A stretch of DNA of 64,000 nucleotides. It comes from Ramazzottius varieornatus. Taxonomy: Eukaryota > Animalia > Tardigrada. Positions 1 through 12,360 of this stretch are shown piece after piece (the stretch's first letter is position 1; each line of letters begins with the position of its first letter). Made by a program: the position numbers and the translations under genes. The notes under the pieces are model-generated. The model was not told where the DNA came from, searched no databases, and saw only the letters and a program-made list of their open reading frames with translations. The stretch covers positions 1,257,851 to 1,321,850 of the forward strand of contig BDGG01000002.1 of assembly GCA_001949185.1 (NCBI GenBank), in the 5' to 3' direction.

Positions 1-46
1 GTTTCTGAAAACTGTTCAGTGAAACTAATTGCTCCTTTCTTCTCAG

Positions 47-1917
47 GTATCGGTACATTCTTTAGTGAGGAGTGGCACCGTCGGTGCATGCGTGACAATG
101 AGAAACAGATTTCCCTTCGTATGGGATCCAATGTTGATCGGAAGAAGGCGCGGGAATGGACTCCTGAATGTGCCGAAGACTGGATCAGCCTGTTAGCTAA
201 ACTTGAAAGCGAAGGATACCTCTCGGACCCTGCTGCTAGAATAAACTTCGATGAATAAGGCTTCATGTTGGGTTTTGAGAAGGAGGAAGTCTACGCCGCA
301 AGAGGTGTGAAGCATGTCCCTTCTTACACCGACGGAACTACTCGGGACGCTGTCAGCACTTTGTTTTGCGGAGATGCAGCCGGAAAAATGTACAAGCCAT
401 TGGTCCTGTTCGACGGCATTATGCACCTGAAAAGCATGTTCGATAATACCGATGGCAAATTGTACATCGCAGTGAACGGTTCGGGGGTATGGACTGCGAT
501 GTCATAACGGATCACTTCCGGAAGGTTATCTTGCCGAATGCGCTCCAAAAGGTATCACGTTTTTTACGCTATCAAATGTGTGGATGATAGGTGTCTGACG
601 CTTGTTACTGTGATGTGAGCTATGATTTTAACTGTGATCTGCGTTTGCTATCTTGTAGTGCGTCGTTCTTTGCGATGGACATTACAGTCATGTCAACAAC
701 GCTCAGCTTTTCAAACTATGCAGAGACTCCGGGAAAGACATCAAACTCATCTGTCTTCCTGCGGGACAAACGGATAAATTGCAGCCGTTGCATAACTGCA
801 CGTTCGGATGTATGAAGGTGAAGTGGACTAACTATAAGGCGTCCAAACGCCTTGATTCTTCGTTCGAGGTAAAGAGCATTGCCTGAAGTTCTTATTAATT
901 AACTTTGCTCTCTGGAAATTTATGTTACTCTTCAGATAACTCGCAACACCTTTGCTGGGCACTTGGCATTGCACTGCACCCCAGAAGCTTCCAGATTCTC
1001 TTTCGAGTTCGAAGCACCACTGAAGAGCGGCTTCAAGAATACTGGCATACTCCCTTTTTCACCCGAGAGGATTCGTGCAACTGTCGACAAGGAGTTAGCA
1101 GCTCAAGACGCACCCGTATTGCCCGTGCTGACTAAGGAAAGTTCGCCGATGAAGGACGTGTCCAAGATTCTTCGTTCTATAGTTTCTGGGGATGAAGATA
1201 AAATTAATGCGAGTATTGAATCCATCGCAAGCATCTATGGCGGTCACAAGTCAGTTGCGGAGACCGTAGTAGCTGCAGCAGGTAAAGCTTTCTCATTTTC
1301 GAAGCCGAAAGAACAGAAGAAACCGAAGGATCAGAGACTTGCTCTTGAGAGAGGCAGAAACGTTCTCGACACTGAGTACGTCGCAGCAATTAAGAACGAA
1401 ATCGGGCACGACAGGCTCTGAAGGATGCAAAGAAGAGCAAAGCTTCGGAAATTGCAGGTGAAGTGCCGAAAAATCGTGGAAGACCGAAGACTGTCCAGAT
1501 CGAACTGCCAGTGGCCGTTAGTAAAAGGACAAGATCGAAGTCTGCCAAAGCAGATTTACCCGTCGCTTCGAAGAAAGGCAGGTCGAAGAAGGTCAAAAAC
1601 TGATATCGTTCCGTGGTCGGACAAGTGTAGTTCCTTTTTCTACCTCAAATATCAGGAAAAAGTTAGCTGACTGTTGTCGCAGTTGGAGAACTGGGTTATG
1701 CTATTTCCTGTTCATCTTAATGCTTTGTCGGGGTTTGCCGGTTCCAGTTGATCCGCTGGATCGCATTAGAAGCTTTAATAAAATCAGATGCAAAGCGGCA
1801 ATGTATGGTGAAAGCCAGTTCTGTTTCAATCGTAAGCGAACACAGCTGGCGGAGCCGCTGTTTCGGAAATGACTTCCCCATAATTTTGTCCATCCCCACA
1901 ATTAGGCCAGCCGCGTG
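47..1917 (+). mobile_element. Decayed pogo/Tigger-like (DDE_1) DNA transposon; 5' part lies outside the window
   Basis: Spliced translation gives FSEEWHRR..., NFDE*GF (in-frame TAA 256-258), STLFCGDAAG..KPLVLF, CDGHYSH...LPAGQTDKLQPLH, GFKNTGILPF and a basic tail. Introns at about 552-658 and near 869-936. Probable right TIR ends ...CCGCGTG|TA at 1917. Confidence 0.85.
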
Positions 1918-3919
1918 TACATTCTTAAGCCTTAAAGTTCTGCCACCTCGCCACCCCCCCCCCCCCCGTATTCTACAGAATCATACCGTGCGCCCAGTCC
2001 ATTCCCGGACCAAAATGCATATTCAGAAATCATCAAAATCTTAGCAGTAGGCCGCAAAGGCCTACTCAAAGTCACAGCGGAAATCTAGTTTCAACAAGCA
2101 GCGGATGCTGAATAGGATGAACTTTTCGAATACGGAGAGGCCAGTCAGGTTCAGCACTCAACCTCCTTTGCGACCTGCACGTGGTTGAGATTCATTTCAT
2201 TTGGATTTTTGAGATTTGGTTTGGCTCTCCCTTTTTTTCGCCGTTCACAACGGTCCTTGCTTTCCTTAACTTTGTTGGACACGATGTGCTACTTCGACAC
2301 AACCAGCCATCGATGGCTGAGAACTTCATTCATGCTTTACCCTGGATGCTCGGGTGCTTCGAAGGATGCGCTGCTGTAGAAGCTGTCGCTGAAATATCAG
2401 AGGTACGTGTGACACTGGGAATATAGGATCACGGCTTTTGCGGGACAGTCCCTACTTAGCCGAGTAGACGTACGCACACATCAGAACCATGAAAGATGAT
2501 GCTTCAAGGTAAGTTTTGCTTCGAGGCTGAAGTACGCAATTTTACAGAGGTGCGCAAGTTGAACGCGGTTGGCTTTGGTTTGGCAGGTGGCTCATGCTGT
2601 TTCGTTACCCTTCCGGCGTCTACCTACCATTCCACTGACTGATAGGAGCACCTGGGGATGTCTGCTGCCTGCATAGTGAGGAATTCTTTGCAGATACGAC
2701 TGACTGTTCGAAAATCGACAGAAGGTTAAATCTTCCATTCCATGGATCGGCCTTGCATGCATTGTTTAGACCAGTCCCTGGCCGTAGGAAGTGGCATCAA
2801 GAGCTCCCGTGATGATAACCACAACACTGCACCATGTTCTGCAGCGCAAAACTGCAGGGGCGCAGTTGAGCGGTCCACTTCCTACGTCCAGGGGCTGGTC
2901 TGAACGATTTACACAAGGCCGATCTGTCTGCCATTTCGGTAACCGGGTCTTTGATCAACAATCAACGGTTACTGCCACATGTACCTGCGAAAGCCATAGC
3001 AGCGACCCATGTGCCGTTATCCATTGAATGTTGATTTGCGAAATTCAGCACTGTCGGTACAGCCCTGTTGGTGGCCCCAGTGACTAGGACTATGCTTGCT
3101 CCCGACACAGAATTGTTCCGTGCATAACCGACGAGACAAGGCCGTGCTCGTGCACAGCCTTGTTTGATGTCAGTTGATGATTCCATGCATTAGTTTCTGA
3201 CCGTGTTCTAGGTGCGGTAAAATCACTAGCAGGAAGACTGCACGATGCCGGACTGTCCCTTTTGGCCAACTTTATGGTAAATTTGAAACCATTTTATTGA
3301 CCTCTGAGATTTATCCTAAAGATTCAAGTTGCGCCTTAACCAACCTCCCTGTTCTTTTTCTAGTGTATTCTAGTGCCGAAGCTCCCGTTGCTGTTCCTGC
3401 TGTGGATACCTAAAGAATAATACGGGTCTGTCCCTCTTGAGTGAATTTTCCGGTACGCAGTTCTTTTCCCAAGCTTTCACTTTCGCTTGCATTTAATTTC
3501 ATGTGCATAATCTTGCAAGCAGTTCCGCAGATGCCGACCGATGGCCCAACGGCATACCGGAGTGATGTCGCAACCCTTCGACTACCAGCAAAGCCTCCTT
3601 TCTTCTTTCTGGCGGGAAATTGTTAGTCTTTTGTAGGTCTTGAGCCTTTGAAGCAGTTTACTCTCTCTGATCTTCTTTTGAGTTTTTACAGCTTTCGATG
3701 GGCGGAAAACAAACATTTAGATTTTCTAAAAACTTCGAACTTCACCTACTGATAACTTCGGTTTCCCAGATCTTAAAAGTTCGAATTTCGGAGCAGTAAA
3801 GATCACCACCAGCATCCAGAAATTCAGTCTTGAGAACTTCACGAACGACGAAATTTTCCCGCAACATATTTTACGGAAAATTTTCACAGGAGTCCTCCTT
3901 AATTTCTCGGGAATCCGGT

Positions 3920-4714
3920 CAGTGTTGTTTCGATCAATACAATTGATAATTGAAAATGGCCGAAAACGAGGGTTTTGGAATTCCAATACGACAATTTCAA
4001 ATTGAAAATTGCAGGCTGGACAATTTTGATATTAATTAGAACTGTAGTGGAATTCGGAAAACAGAACAAAATTATAATTGGTAATCGAAATACAGAATGT
4101 AGCAATTCAAATTATTGAATTTGCGCAAAACAGCGTGGTAAAGCGCACGTAGGTGCATCAAGTGTCGGAGTTTCTAGGCGTGTTTGACGCTTAATTGGCC
4201 GAATGTGTGTGCGTATGTGCATGTCGCACGATGGCGAATGACACGATGCTTAGTACTGCGTAGCTTCCTGAACCACGCGCGGTGCTTCAAAGTACAAGCG
4301 AAGTTGAACCCCGGTCCCAATACTTTTCTCTACTAACCCCTAAGGGATGTTTCGCGGTTATGGTGGCATACGCGCGAGACTTTCAGAAGCATGACAATCG
4401 GGTTGACGTCAGCGCATCCGTACACAGTGCCTTGGCAGTACCATGCTTTGTGCTAAACATCTGACGGGCATTCTACGCGCATGAAACGAGAGGTTTGCGG
4501 TACGTTACAGTACGTATGAATGATATTATTAGAATGACGAAAATGAACTAATATTAAAATAACATCAAATGCTGTCGCGAGCTGAATTCCAATTAATTGT
4601 AATTACTAATTCAGCTGGATTGAATCTCACATGATTGAGATAGCTGTGGCCCGAGGTATTCCAAGTAATCGTAATTGCAAGGAGAATCAAAAAAGTCCTA
4701 TTGAAACAGCACTG
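3920..4714 (-). mobile_element. ~795 bp non-autonomous hAT-like element, copy 1
   Basis: Termini CAGTGTTGTTTC / GAAACAGCACTG (11/12 inverted). The body is a diverged reverse complement of 6089-6888. Flanks aatccggt/atggcggt are a weak 8-bp TSD. Confidence 0.75.
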
Positions 4715-4894
4715 ATGGCGGTTAGGGATCGGGATCGGGATCGCGACCAGCACCAGCAACGGGTACATGTCCAAGCTTCAGATCGTCAACGCATGGTCAC
4801 GAACGGGGGTACCGGATTGTGAGACGAGAACTGTGCAACCCTGACCCAGAGCAACGCTCTAGCATTAGCGGCTTCCTAGCACACTGGGATAAAA

Positions 4895-5208
4895 TTAGCT
4901 AGTGGTCCCGACCACTGGGAGGGCCGAGCGAGTGCGACCGAACACCGAGAAAACCAACATGTTATGCAACACCCCCTTCCTCCACTCACACCATTGCGGA
5001 GACAAAGACGAGTCGGCTGAACGCTGCAGACGTGTTCTCGGTAACGGACTGAATAGGGTTTTCGATCTACAAACCAAAATTTCGAGCACTCCGATCAAGT
5101 AGCGCATTATTTCACACTGCAGAGTTTGAAATTTCAGCAAGCTTCATCTTTGGCGACATCCATTGAAATCATGACAAACTCAAAAGGGCCTCGCTTCGAT
5201 CGGCCTGA
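4895..5208 (-). mobile_element. 314 bp non-autonomous Helitron-like element, copy A
   Basis: Near-identical reverse complement of 7808-8121. On the minus strand it starts A|TC and ends with hairpin AGTGGTC-GG-GACCACT followed by AGCTAA|T. No TSD. Confidence 0.75.
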
Positions 5209-5581
5209 TTCTCAGATGCCTGTAACAATCTCGCTCGCTCGGCCGTTCCAGTGGTCAGGAGTCCTGATATATCATATATCATATTTATCCCAGCACTAGT
5301 CAGGACCACTTGCTTGTGCTGGTTCAGGTCGAAAATCTGATGGACTTGCAGAAGAGACAAGATCGGAATTCAAGTGGGGCACAGTGAATCAGGCGTGTCC
5401 CGTGGATCACTTGGCGCGCCAGGTCCAATTCGCTGGTTGCTCTGATTCCACCAAAATTTCGAATTTCGTACAAACAGGTCAACAGTACAGTTAACTCGGC
5501 CTGCACAAAAGCTCAAATTCTGTGCAGCGATATCAGGCAAAACAAAAGCTTCGTGGATTGCTCCATGGCATAAAACCTGTA

Positions 5582-5752
5582 CGGGCACGAAGGGGAAGTT
5601 TGGAGCATGTTAAAAGTTTGGACCATACAATTGCGAAACAGCTGGACGGAAATACGTGCGTACGAGTGCTGTTCACACAAATGCACTTTCTGGCAATTTT
5701 CTATGGTTTAATCCGTCTTTTCCGTCTGATCCAAACTCCCCCTTCGTGCTTG
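5582..5752. mobile_element. TA-flanked MITE (CACGCACGA-type TIR family)
   Basis: TA|CGGGCACGAAGGGGAAGTTTGGA ... TCCAAACTCCCCCTTCGTGCTTG|TA; related to 53859-54025. Confidence 0.7.
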
Positions 5753-5871
5753 TACGTATGCTGTGCAAGGCGGCAATATGACTTGCACGCAGGTCCAGGA
5801 ACGGCTGGCTGTATCGGTTGGTGCACCAACCCATTTCGGATGCTTGTTTCTCATCGGAGTAATATGCAGTA

Positions 5872-6068
5872 CACGCACGACGAGAAAATATGGGCCAGTA
5901 AGAATTATGGACCAGGCGGAAAAGACGGCAAAATGGGAATCCAACCGTAGAAAAGTGACAGAAAGCACATCAATGTGAATGCGTCGCGTGCTTACGTTCT
6001 TCCGTACTGCCATAGCGAAAAGGCCTAGTCCATAATTTTCACTGGCCCATAATTTTTCGTCGTCCGTG
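5872..6068. mobile_element. TA-flanked MITE (CACGCACGA-type TIR family)
   Basis: TA|CACGCACGACGAGAAAATATGGGCCAGT ... ACTGGCCCATAATTTTTCGTCGTCCGTG; homologous to 13523-13690 and 16572-16765. Confidence 0.75.
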
Positions 6069-6088
6069 CCCAGCTTGCGAGTTTTAAG

Positions 6089-6888
6089 CAGTGTTGCTCT
6101 AATATGAATTTTTCGATTCTAATTGCATTCACGATTAATCAGAATACTTCGGGCGGCAGCAATTTCAATTATCTGAGACTCTGCTCAGCTGAATTAGCAA
6201 TTACAATTAGCCAGAATTCAGCTTGCATCAGCAATTTAAATTATTTCAATTGTTGTGGTTCATTTTTTGGATCTGGATATTCCCCAAATACCGTGTTTTA
6301 ATGCGACTTAAGCCTATCGTTTCATAAGCGTGGAATGGATGTTGGATGTTTAGCTCAAAACATGTTGTACTCAAGGCATTAAACACGAATGCGCTGATGG
6401 AAGCAAGTATTGTAATGCTTCCTGGAGCCGTGCGCGTACATCGTCACGGGAAACATCCCTCCAGAGGTCGGTAGGGAAAAATACCGGGACCGGGCTTGAA
6501 CTTCGCGCTTACATCGCTGCACCGCGCATGATCCGCAAATCAACACTGTAAGCCTCGTGCCTTTCTCCTTCGTGCGACATGCACATGCGCATAGCCGGCA
6601 TAGGTGTTCGCCCAATCGAGCGCTAAAGACACCCAGAAACTCCGATACTTGGGACACCCACGTGCGTTTTACCGCGCTGTAGGGCGCAAATCCAATATTC
6701 TGAATAGCCACATTCTGTATTTCGATTACCAATTATAAATTCTTCCGTTTTCAGAATTCTAATACAATTCTAATTTATATCGGAATTACCCAGCTTGGGA
6801 TTCCCAGTTTCAATTGTCCTATTGGAATTCAAAAACGGTCGTTTTCGGCCATTTTCAATTATCAATTGTAATGGTCGGAGCAACACTG
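6089..6888 (+). mobile_element. 800 bp non-autonomous hAT-like element, copy 2
   Basis: Perfect 11-bp TIR CAGTGTTGCTC / GAGCAACACTG; 8-bp TSD gttttaag (6081-6088) / gttttagg (6889-6896). Confidence 0.85.
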
Positions 6889-7260
6889 GTTTTAGGGGTG
6901 GTTTGCGTTCAATGGAGACAATGGGGGTAGCCAACAGCGAGAAGGATTGCACGGGTCATAGCAGTCAAGGGTCGACTTCATTAACACTGTAGTGTTTATG
7001 CACAGATTGTGTCCGATTGAAATCCGTGGCATGGAAACACTGATACCACCATATCACAATGCGAAAATTTTATTGTTATTCAAACAGTTCCAGACTAAGT
7101 GAGTTTTGCGTTCAGTCACCGTGCTGACCACATTCAACTCTCACACATACTTGGTCGAGTTGGTCGTTTATGGAGTGGTGCAACCATCGAATATTCTTTT
7201 GCCGCACTTTGGTTGTGTAGCATGAGTTGAGCCAATAAATTGTATCTTCCGCAGGGCGAA

Positions 7261-8415
7261 ATGGGTCGTTGTGAGTTCAGTGTACACGATAGTATCGGAG
7301 TCTTGGTGAAATGCCCCATTCTGCTTACCGTTATCTTAACCGCGTGTGTGGCGGAATCAACTTCTGCGCATGTAGAAGATTTTGAATGTTTAATATGTGA
7401 ATCTGGCAGCGGAATAAGTGAGAAATGTCTGGACCCCATACGACCTCACTTTGACGATTACCGGAAGTGTTCCACCGGTCATTGCTTCGTGCGTCATACT
7501 GGATCAGGTAAGTTCGCCGATCTGTACGAGTCGAGCTAGACTTGTTCTTGGGCTCCCACGAATGATAGTATAAACTAGTACGCAGTTAAGCTAACGTGTT
7601 GTTACAGCGAGATCAGTGGATCGGGGCTGCCTTGACATATTGTCGGATGACGAACAGACGCATTGTGCAACTTTGGAATCGTCGCTGAAGAACCAGTCTG
7701 TACTAAACGCAGGCGTCGGCACTGATGAATGCTGGGTCTGCGGGGCCACCAAGTGCAATGTCGTACCACTGCGACTGACGGTAAGCAGTAATGATATCCA
7801 CTTTTCATCAGGCCGATCGAAGCGAGGCCCTTTTGAGTTTGTCATGATTTCAATGGATGTCGCCAAAGATGAAGCTTGCTGAAATTTCAAACTCTGCAGT
7901 GTGAAATAATGCGCTACTTGATCGGAGTGCTCGAAATTTTGGTTTGTAGATCGAAAACCCTATTCAGTCCGTTACCGAGAACACGTCTGCAGCGTTCAGC
8001 CGACTCGTCTTTGTCTCCGCAATGGTGTGAGTGGAGGAAGGGGGTGTTGCATAACATGTTGGTTTTCTCGGTGTTCGGTCGCACTCGCTCGGCCCTCCCA
8101 GTGGTCAGGACCAGTTGCTAGTTCTACCACTTTGCTAGCGCTTTCTCTTGATCAGCAAGGACCGTTCTATTTTGGTTAATAGAATAACGTCTCGTTTTGC
8201 AGGAGAAAACAATGTCATGGATAATATTCGTGGGCGCTGCTATTGGATGCGTTTCAGGGACTATTTTCATTTCGGCTCTTCTATGGTATTGTCGATGGTT
8301 GTACCAGGGAGGAAAGGTGTCAGTCGACCTGAGTGGCCCGCAGATATACGTGATCAGGAACGAAAATTCTCTATGGGACTTCGTGGACCGTATTTCTAAT
8401 CTTGGGCGAAAATAA
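7261..8415 (+). CDS. Ly6/uPAR (three-finger, quiver/sleepless-like) cysteine-rich type I membrane protein, 3 exons
   Basis: Exons 7261-7507, 7608-7780 and 8203-8415 splice in phase at GT-AG sites. Hydrophobic N-terminus, then FECLIC...C...C...C..DRGC...C...CWVCGATKCN, a TM segment (WIIFVGAAIGCVSGTIFISALLWYC) and a short tail. Start codon uncertain. Confidence 0.7.
7808..8121 (+). mobile_element. 314 bp non-autonomous Helitron-like element, copy B (in intron 2 of the Ly6-like gene)
   Basis: A|TCAGGCCGATCGAAGCGAGGCCC ... GTGGTCAGGACCAG hairpin ... CTAG|T: TC/CTAG ends, AT target, no TSD. Confidence 0.8.
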
Positions 8416-9799
8416 TGAGCGCAGTCCGACAAAGCTAGGTGACGCGGCCAGGGCTCGAAAGGAATGTCCTGGATTGAAGTCCAGAGTTTGGAAGCAGCTT
8501 TGCAGTATCTCGTTGCAGTTTTGCAAACAGCACGCGAGGCTATATGATTCAGTGTGAAAGGTGAAAACCTGGATTCAATGTCTTCTGTTCCTGCCTGGGT
8601 CATTTGTAGCATGTTTTTGCAAATTATTTACAGTTTTCACATTGTTTTCACATTGCTTTTTGTTTCGTACTGTGTCAATAGTTTTGGACGCGTGTCATCT
8701 GGTTGACACCGAGAACACGGACTACAGCAACACTGTAGATGCAGCAGAAAACTGGCAGTTATTTCGTGATATTAACGGAGGCTGTAACCGGCCGGCGTAA
8801 CAGCGGAAGAAAATGCGGATCGAGTTAGCATTACACGTGGAGCGCGAATATGGAAAGCTAAATACGATAAATGAGCCAATTCTTATCCCCTCCGAAAGTT
8901 CGGCCCAGTCACATGACAGGCCCATAAAATAATCCCCGGGAAATGCTAACTGGACCACGATCAACCGGTGTCTAATTTACGAGCAAGTCGTGTGACTGCG
9001 CAAAGCTTCGAGGGAATACAGTACGAGATAAACGACATAGGTCGGGTATGTCGATTTTCGCACCATAATTTGGGCAACGCGAAAAGTTTGAATATCATCG
9101 ACGACGCTTGATTCATCTCTCATCATACGCCTGTTCATACAACTTTAGGCTTTTCAACATTGGACTGACCCATCTCTCTCCCAGGGCAAATTCCTGTGGT
9201 CTACAACGCGTTATCTTTCGCATACCTAGTAAGACCTCGAACAGAAGGAACAATCTATCTCGAGAAAAAAGAAGCGGTTGATGACATGCAACAGGAGCTG
9301 AGAAAATGTATGCCCGAATTACGTCGTCTACTTCCTACTGTAAAAATCCGCTGCGTCCGCGCAGTACGTACACGTAACGATGCACCGCCGGGGGGTTGAA
9401 CAGGCAGTAAAGACGGACTGGTGCTGTACTTCACGTGTACAATGACGTGCTACGCGGACGCAGCGAATTTATACAGTAACCAGCCAATGCTGTTTGTGTG
9501 AAGCACCGGGTCGGCTGATCCAGGGTCGGTTGGTCTCACTTTTTTCGTCAGCCGTCCAAGAACTGCACTGACAGCCGACCGGTAGTCGCGATTCATCGTA
9601 ATGAGGAATATCTAGGTACGCAGGAAATACTTCCAAGTAAATCCTCCTTCTTTTTCTTATTGATAATAACGGTACGGAAAACTCCATATCCGGACGTAGG
9701 AGCTTTTAAACAAACTCAATAGAACACCTTCTAAGATGACGCACGTTTCTACTGTTACTGGCTGGTAGCGTGCGCCACCTGGGACATCGATCTTGTCTA

Positions 9800-10500
9800 C
9801 GGTATGTTTGCAGCTCCCGCGTGTACCGAGACACCGACTCATCGGATGGACAGAGTACCCACTGAGGTAAACGGTTACGAGCCACTGACCGAGCATTAGG
9901 ATACGTTCGTGCAGTAACGGGAAAGGACAGGAAACAAGCAGAGTAGAGAACAGATGAGGCGAACAATATCTTGCGCAAGTTGCGTTTCCAGGTTCGCTGA
10001 GTGGCTGCAAGGGGCTGCGAAGCTATGATAGCTGCACCACGAGGTTTCCACCATTTTTGTCAACATCAAGGCATGATTAAGTGGATCTGCATCTGGCGCT
10101 AATCGAACTGTTGGGACTTAATGAGCGTTGCCGTACATCCGCCCCAGACGGGATCCACGCCAAAATGGCCTATTCCACCGTTAAACTCCATAGGGATGTT
10201 CAGAACCACGAAGATGAGCCAACTGTTCAGTATGAAGATCGCACACCACTTCGGAAGGGAGAAGTACCGATACTTGAGGGGAAAGAACACAGCTACGGAG
10301 CGGTTGATGGCCAGACAGAGGATAAGACCGAGCTGATCGGAAGGAACACCCAAGGCATGAGGGTCTCGACCAGTACCATGTGCCCGATCAGCATACCCAA
10401 GCCTTTGCGCAAACTCCGTGTCATCCATATGGTTATTAAGCGAAAACTATCCAGAAGACCAATGGAGAGGAAGAAATAAATCTTCAGTCTGTAACGAGCG
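9800..10500 (-). pseudogene. Class A GPCR pseudogene fragment
   Basis: TM1-2-like FFLSIGLL...MLIGHMVLVETL, frameshift, TM3 LILCLAINRSVAVFFPLKY, TM4 CAIFILNSWLIFVVLNIP, TM6-like ILFASSVLYSACFL and TM7-like GYSVHP; several stops. Confidence 0.7.
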
Positions 10501-10675
10501 GCCAGTCTTGATTGATATCTTTGCCATATCGCCGGTTGTGAAATAGTGATGTTGGACAAGGTCCAAAACCTAAGAGAGGAGTAAATGAAGTTATGGTTGA
10601 GCTCTCGGAGTCTCCTGTCCAAATCAGCCTACGCGCGGCTAATGAGCGAGGTGCGTGGTGAATGTACTGTGGCGA

Positions 10676-10725
10676 NNNNNNNNNNNNNNNNNNNNNNNNN
10701 NNNNNNNNNNNNNNNNNNNNNNNNN
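10676..10725. other. Assembly gap (50 N)
   Basis: Run of N. Confidence 1.
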
Positions 10726-11731
10726 CCATGATTGATCGTAAATTTGACGTTGCGCGGAAAAGTGCGGACGGAGCCATTTTGTGGTTTTTCACTATCGGAC
10801 TGTCAGTACACTAACTTCTCCCAAAAGCAACGTGCAGTTATGCGCATGGGACACGGTCTTCATTTGCCTGCTTGTATCATTTGAACACGCCCACCGATTT
10901 GCATGATTAGAACACCACCAGGTACAACACACTCTACACTTTCGGATCACGTGGTGGGCGAGTTGCTGGTTCAATCAAGTACTTCTCTACGGCTGATCCT
11001 CCATTCTGCCCTCCTGTCCGCCTGTCCCATAATTTGTACTGTCCCACAATTTCTCGTCGTACATGTCCTGGGTTCTGGACGAGTAGCTCTCTTCGGGTTT
11101 GGCCCTCACAACTTCTCGGAGATGAGACCGCGAGTTCATTCCATTTGCAGTGGAGACTGTGCTTATGGCCAGCTCTCATCAACACGTACGGGCTGACACT
11201 TCCAGGATGTCGGGCATCGATTCCATTACACGCCATCTCTACTTTGTCGTTTCGCCTGCACCGGCAGAAAACATTTCCTCTGAACCTTTCTTCTGGTCCT
11301 TCAAAACCCCATCGCCCATAGAACATTTATTAACGCGTTTCCTGCGCAAGAGAAACTCCTGCCTATCTTTCGGACCGATTTTGTCTGAATAGAACCGGAG
11401 TCGAGAGAAAACAAATTGGGATCTTAAGGTTGTTTCGGTATCGCGTGTGGTAGTATGGAATCTTGATTACGTGCTTCACTTTGGACGTACAGAAGTTGAG
11501 ATACAACTACTTAATGGCCCTGGCGTTATACATTTGTCGTGCACTGTGTACGAATACCGCCCATTTAACGTACGTACAGCTCGATATGTGACTGGACGGG
11601 CGTTGATGGCGCATCCAGTGGCAACAGCTGATCAAGATGGTTACTCGGCCTGATGCAGCGATTCCACTTCATCACGGAGAACCATTACGGACCTCCGTCA
11701 GGAGCTCCGTAATGAGTGATTCTACTTTCGA

Positions 11732-12360
11732 TCATTTCGAGCCGGTTATGACAGGAGAAGTGGAATCAATCATTTCGGAGCTCTTGACGGAAGTCCGTGA
11801 TAGCTTCTCGTAATGACTTCTATAGGACTTTACGTAAATTAAGAAAAGTGCGAAATGCACCGCGTCCGACATGAGCGATAACGCGACACAACATTCGGTT
11901 GATTGAAATATATGGTGGTTTGAACGGAAGACCCGGAAATACAGTGCGGGAGCAACCAGGAAGGTACACAAAAACTCCGAAACTTATTAATTGACGTAAT
12001 CCCTGTTATATTCCCGTAGACTACTACGGCGGTCCTGTGTTATTTTATATTGTACCTACCTCTTCATTATTGTAGTCGTTGTGAATTTATGATAATTAAG
12101 TATATATACTCGAATGAGAGGAATATACATGTAGAACTTTCGACAAGAAATTACGACAGTTATGAGGTATATTCTACTTCCTCGTTCCAGCCAGTAATCA
12201 GAAATACGTGGTGGGTCCGTAGATTGCTCCTCTCTCGAGATGACTTTTTCCGTGATGGTTTTTTCCAGTTATGGTAATGGAAAATTTTCGTAAAGAGCAA
12301 AAACGCGCCAGTTACGAGAAGTGGAATCGCTGCATAAGTCACTGTCAGCACCGGGATCAG
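11732..12360 (-). pseudogene. Possible class A GPCR TM5-TM7 fragment
   Basis: YAAIPLLVTGAFLLF + basic loop (TM5/ICL3-like), FLCTFLVAPALY (TM6-like), SDAVHFALFLIYVKSYR (TM7/helix-8-like). No N-terminal half found. Confidence 0.4.

Larger units (their letters stand above)
9776..11187 (+). repeat. Dispersed duplication, copy 1 (other copy 58598-59765)
   Basis: Near-identical direct repeat; the ORF track gives nearly identical peptides at both loci. Confidence 0.95.

Noticed and set aside
1941-1970. Poly-C run followed by GTA as an alternative pogo terminus
   Set aside because: The end at 1917 matches the MITE-type termini better; the homopolymer is uninformative.
7876-8121. 81-aa ORF repeated at 4895-5140
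   Set aside because: Lies wholly within the Helitron-like repeat, has a non-ATG start and shows no protein features.
10081-10479. 132-aa plus-strand ORF (also 58738-59052)
   Set aside because: Antisense shadow of the GPCR pseudogene.
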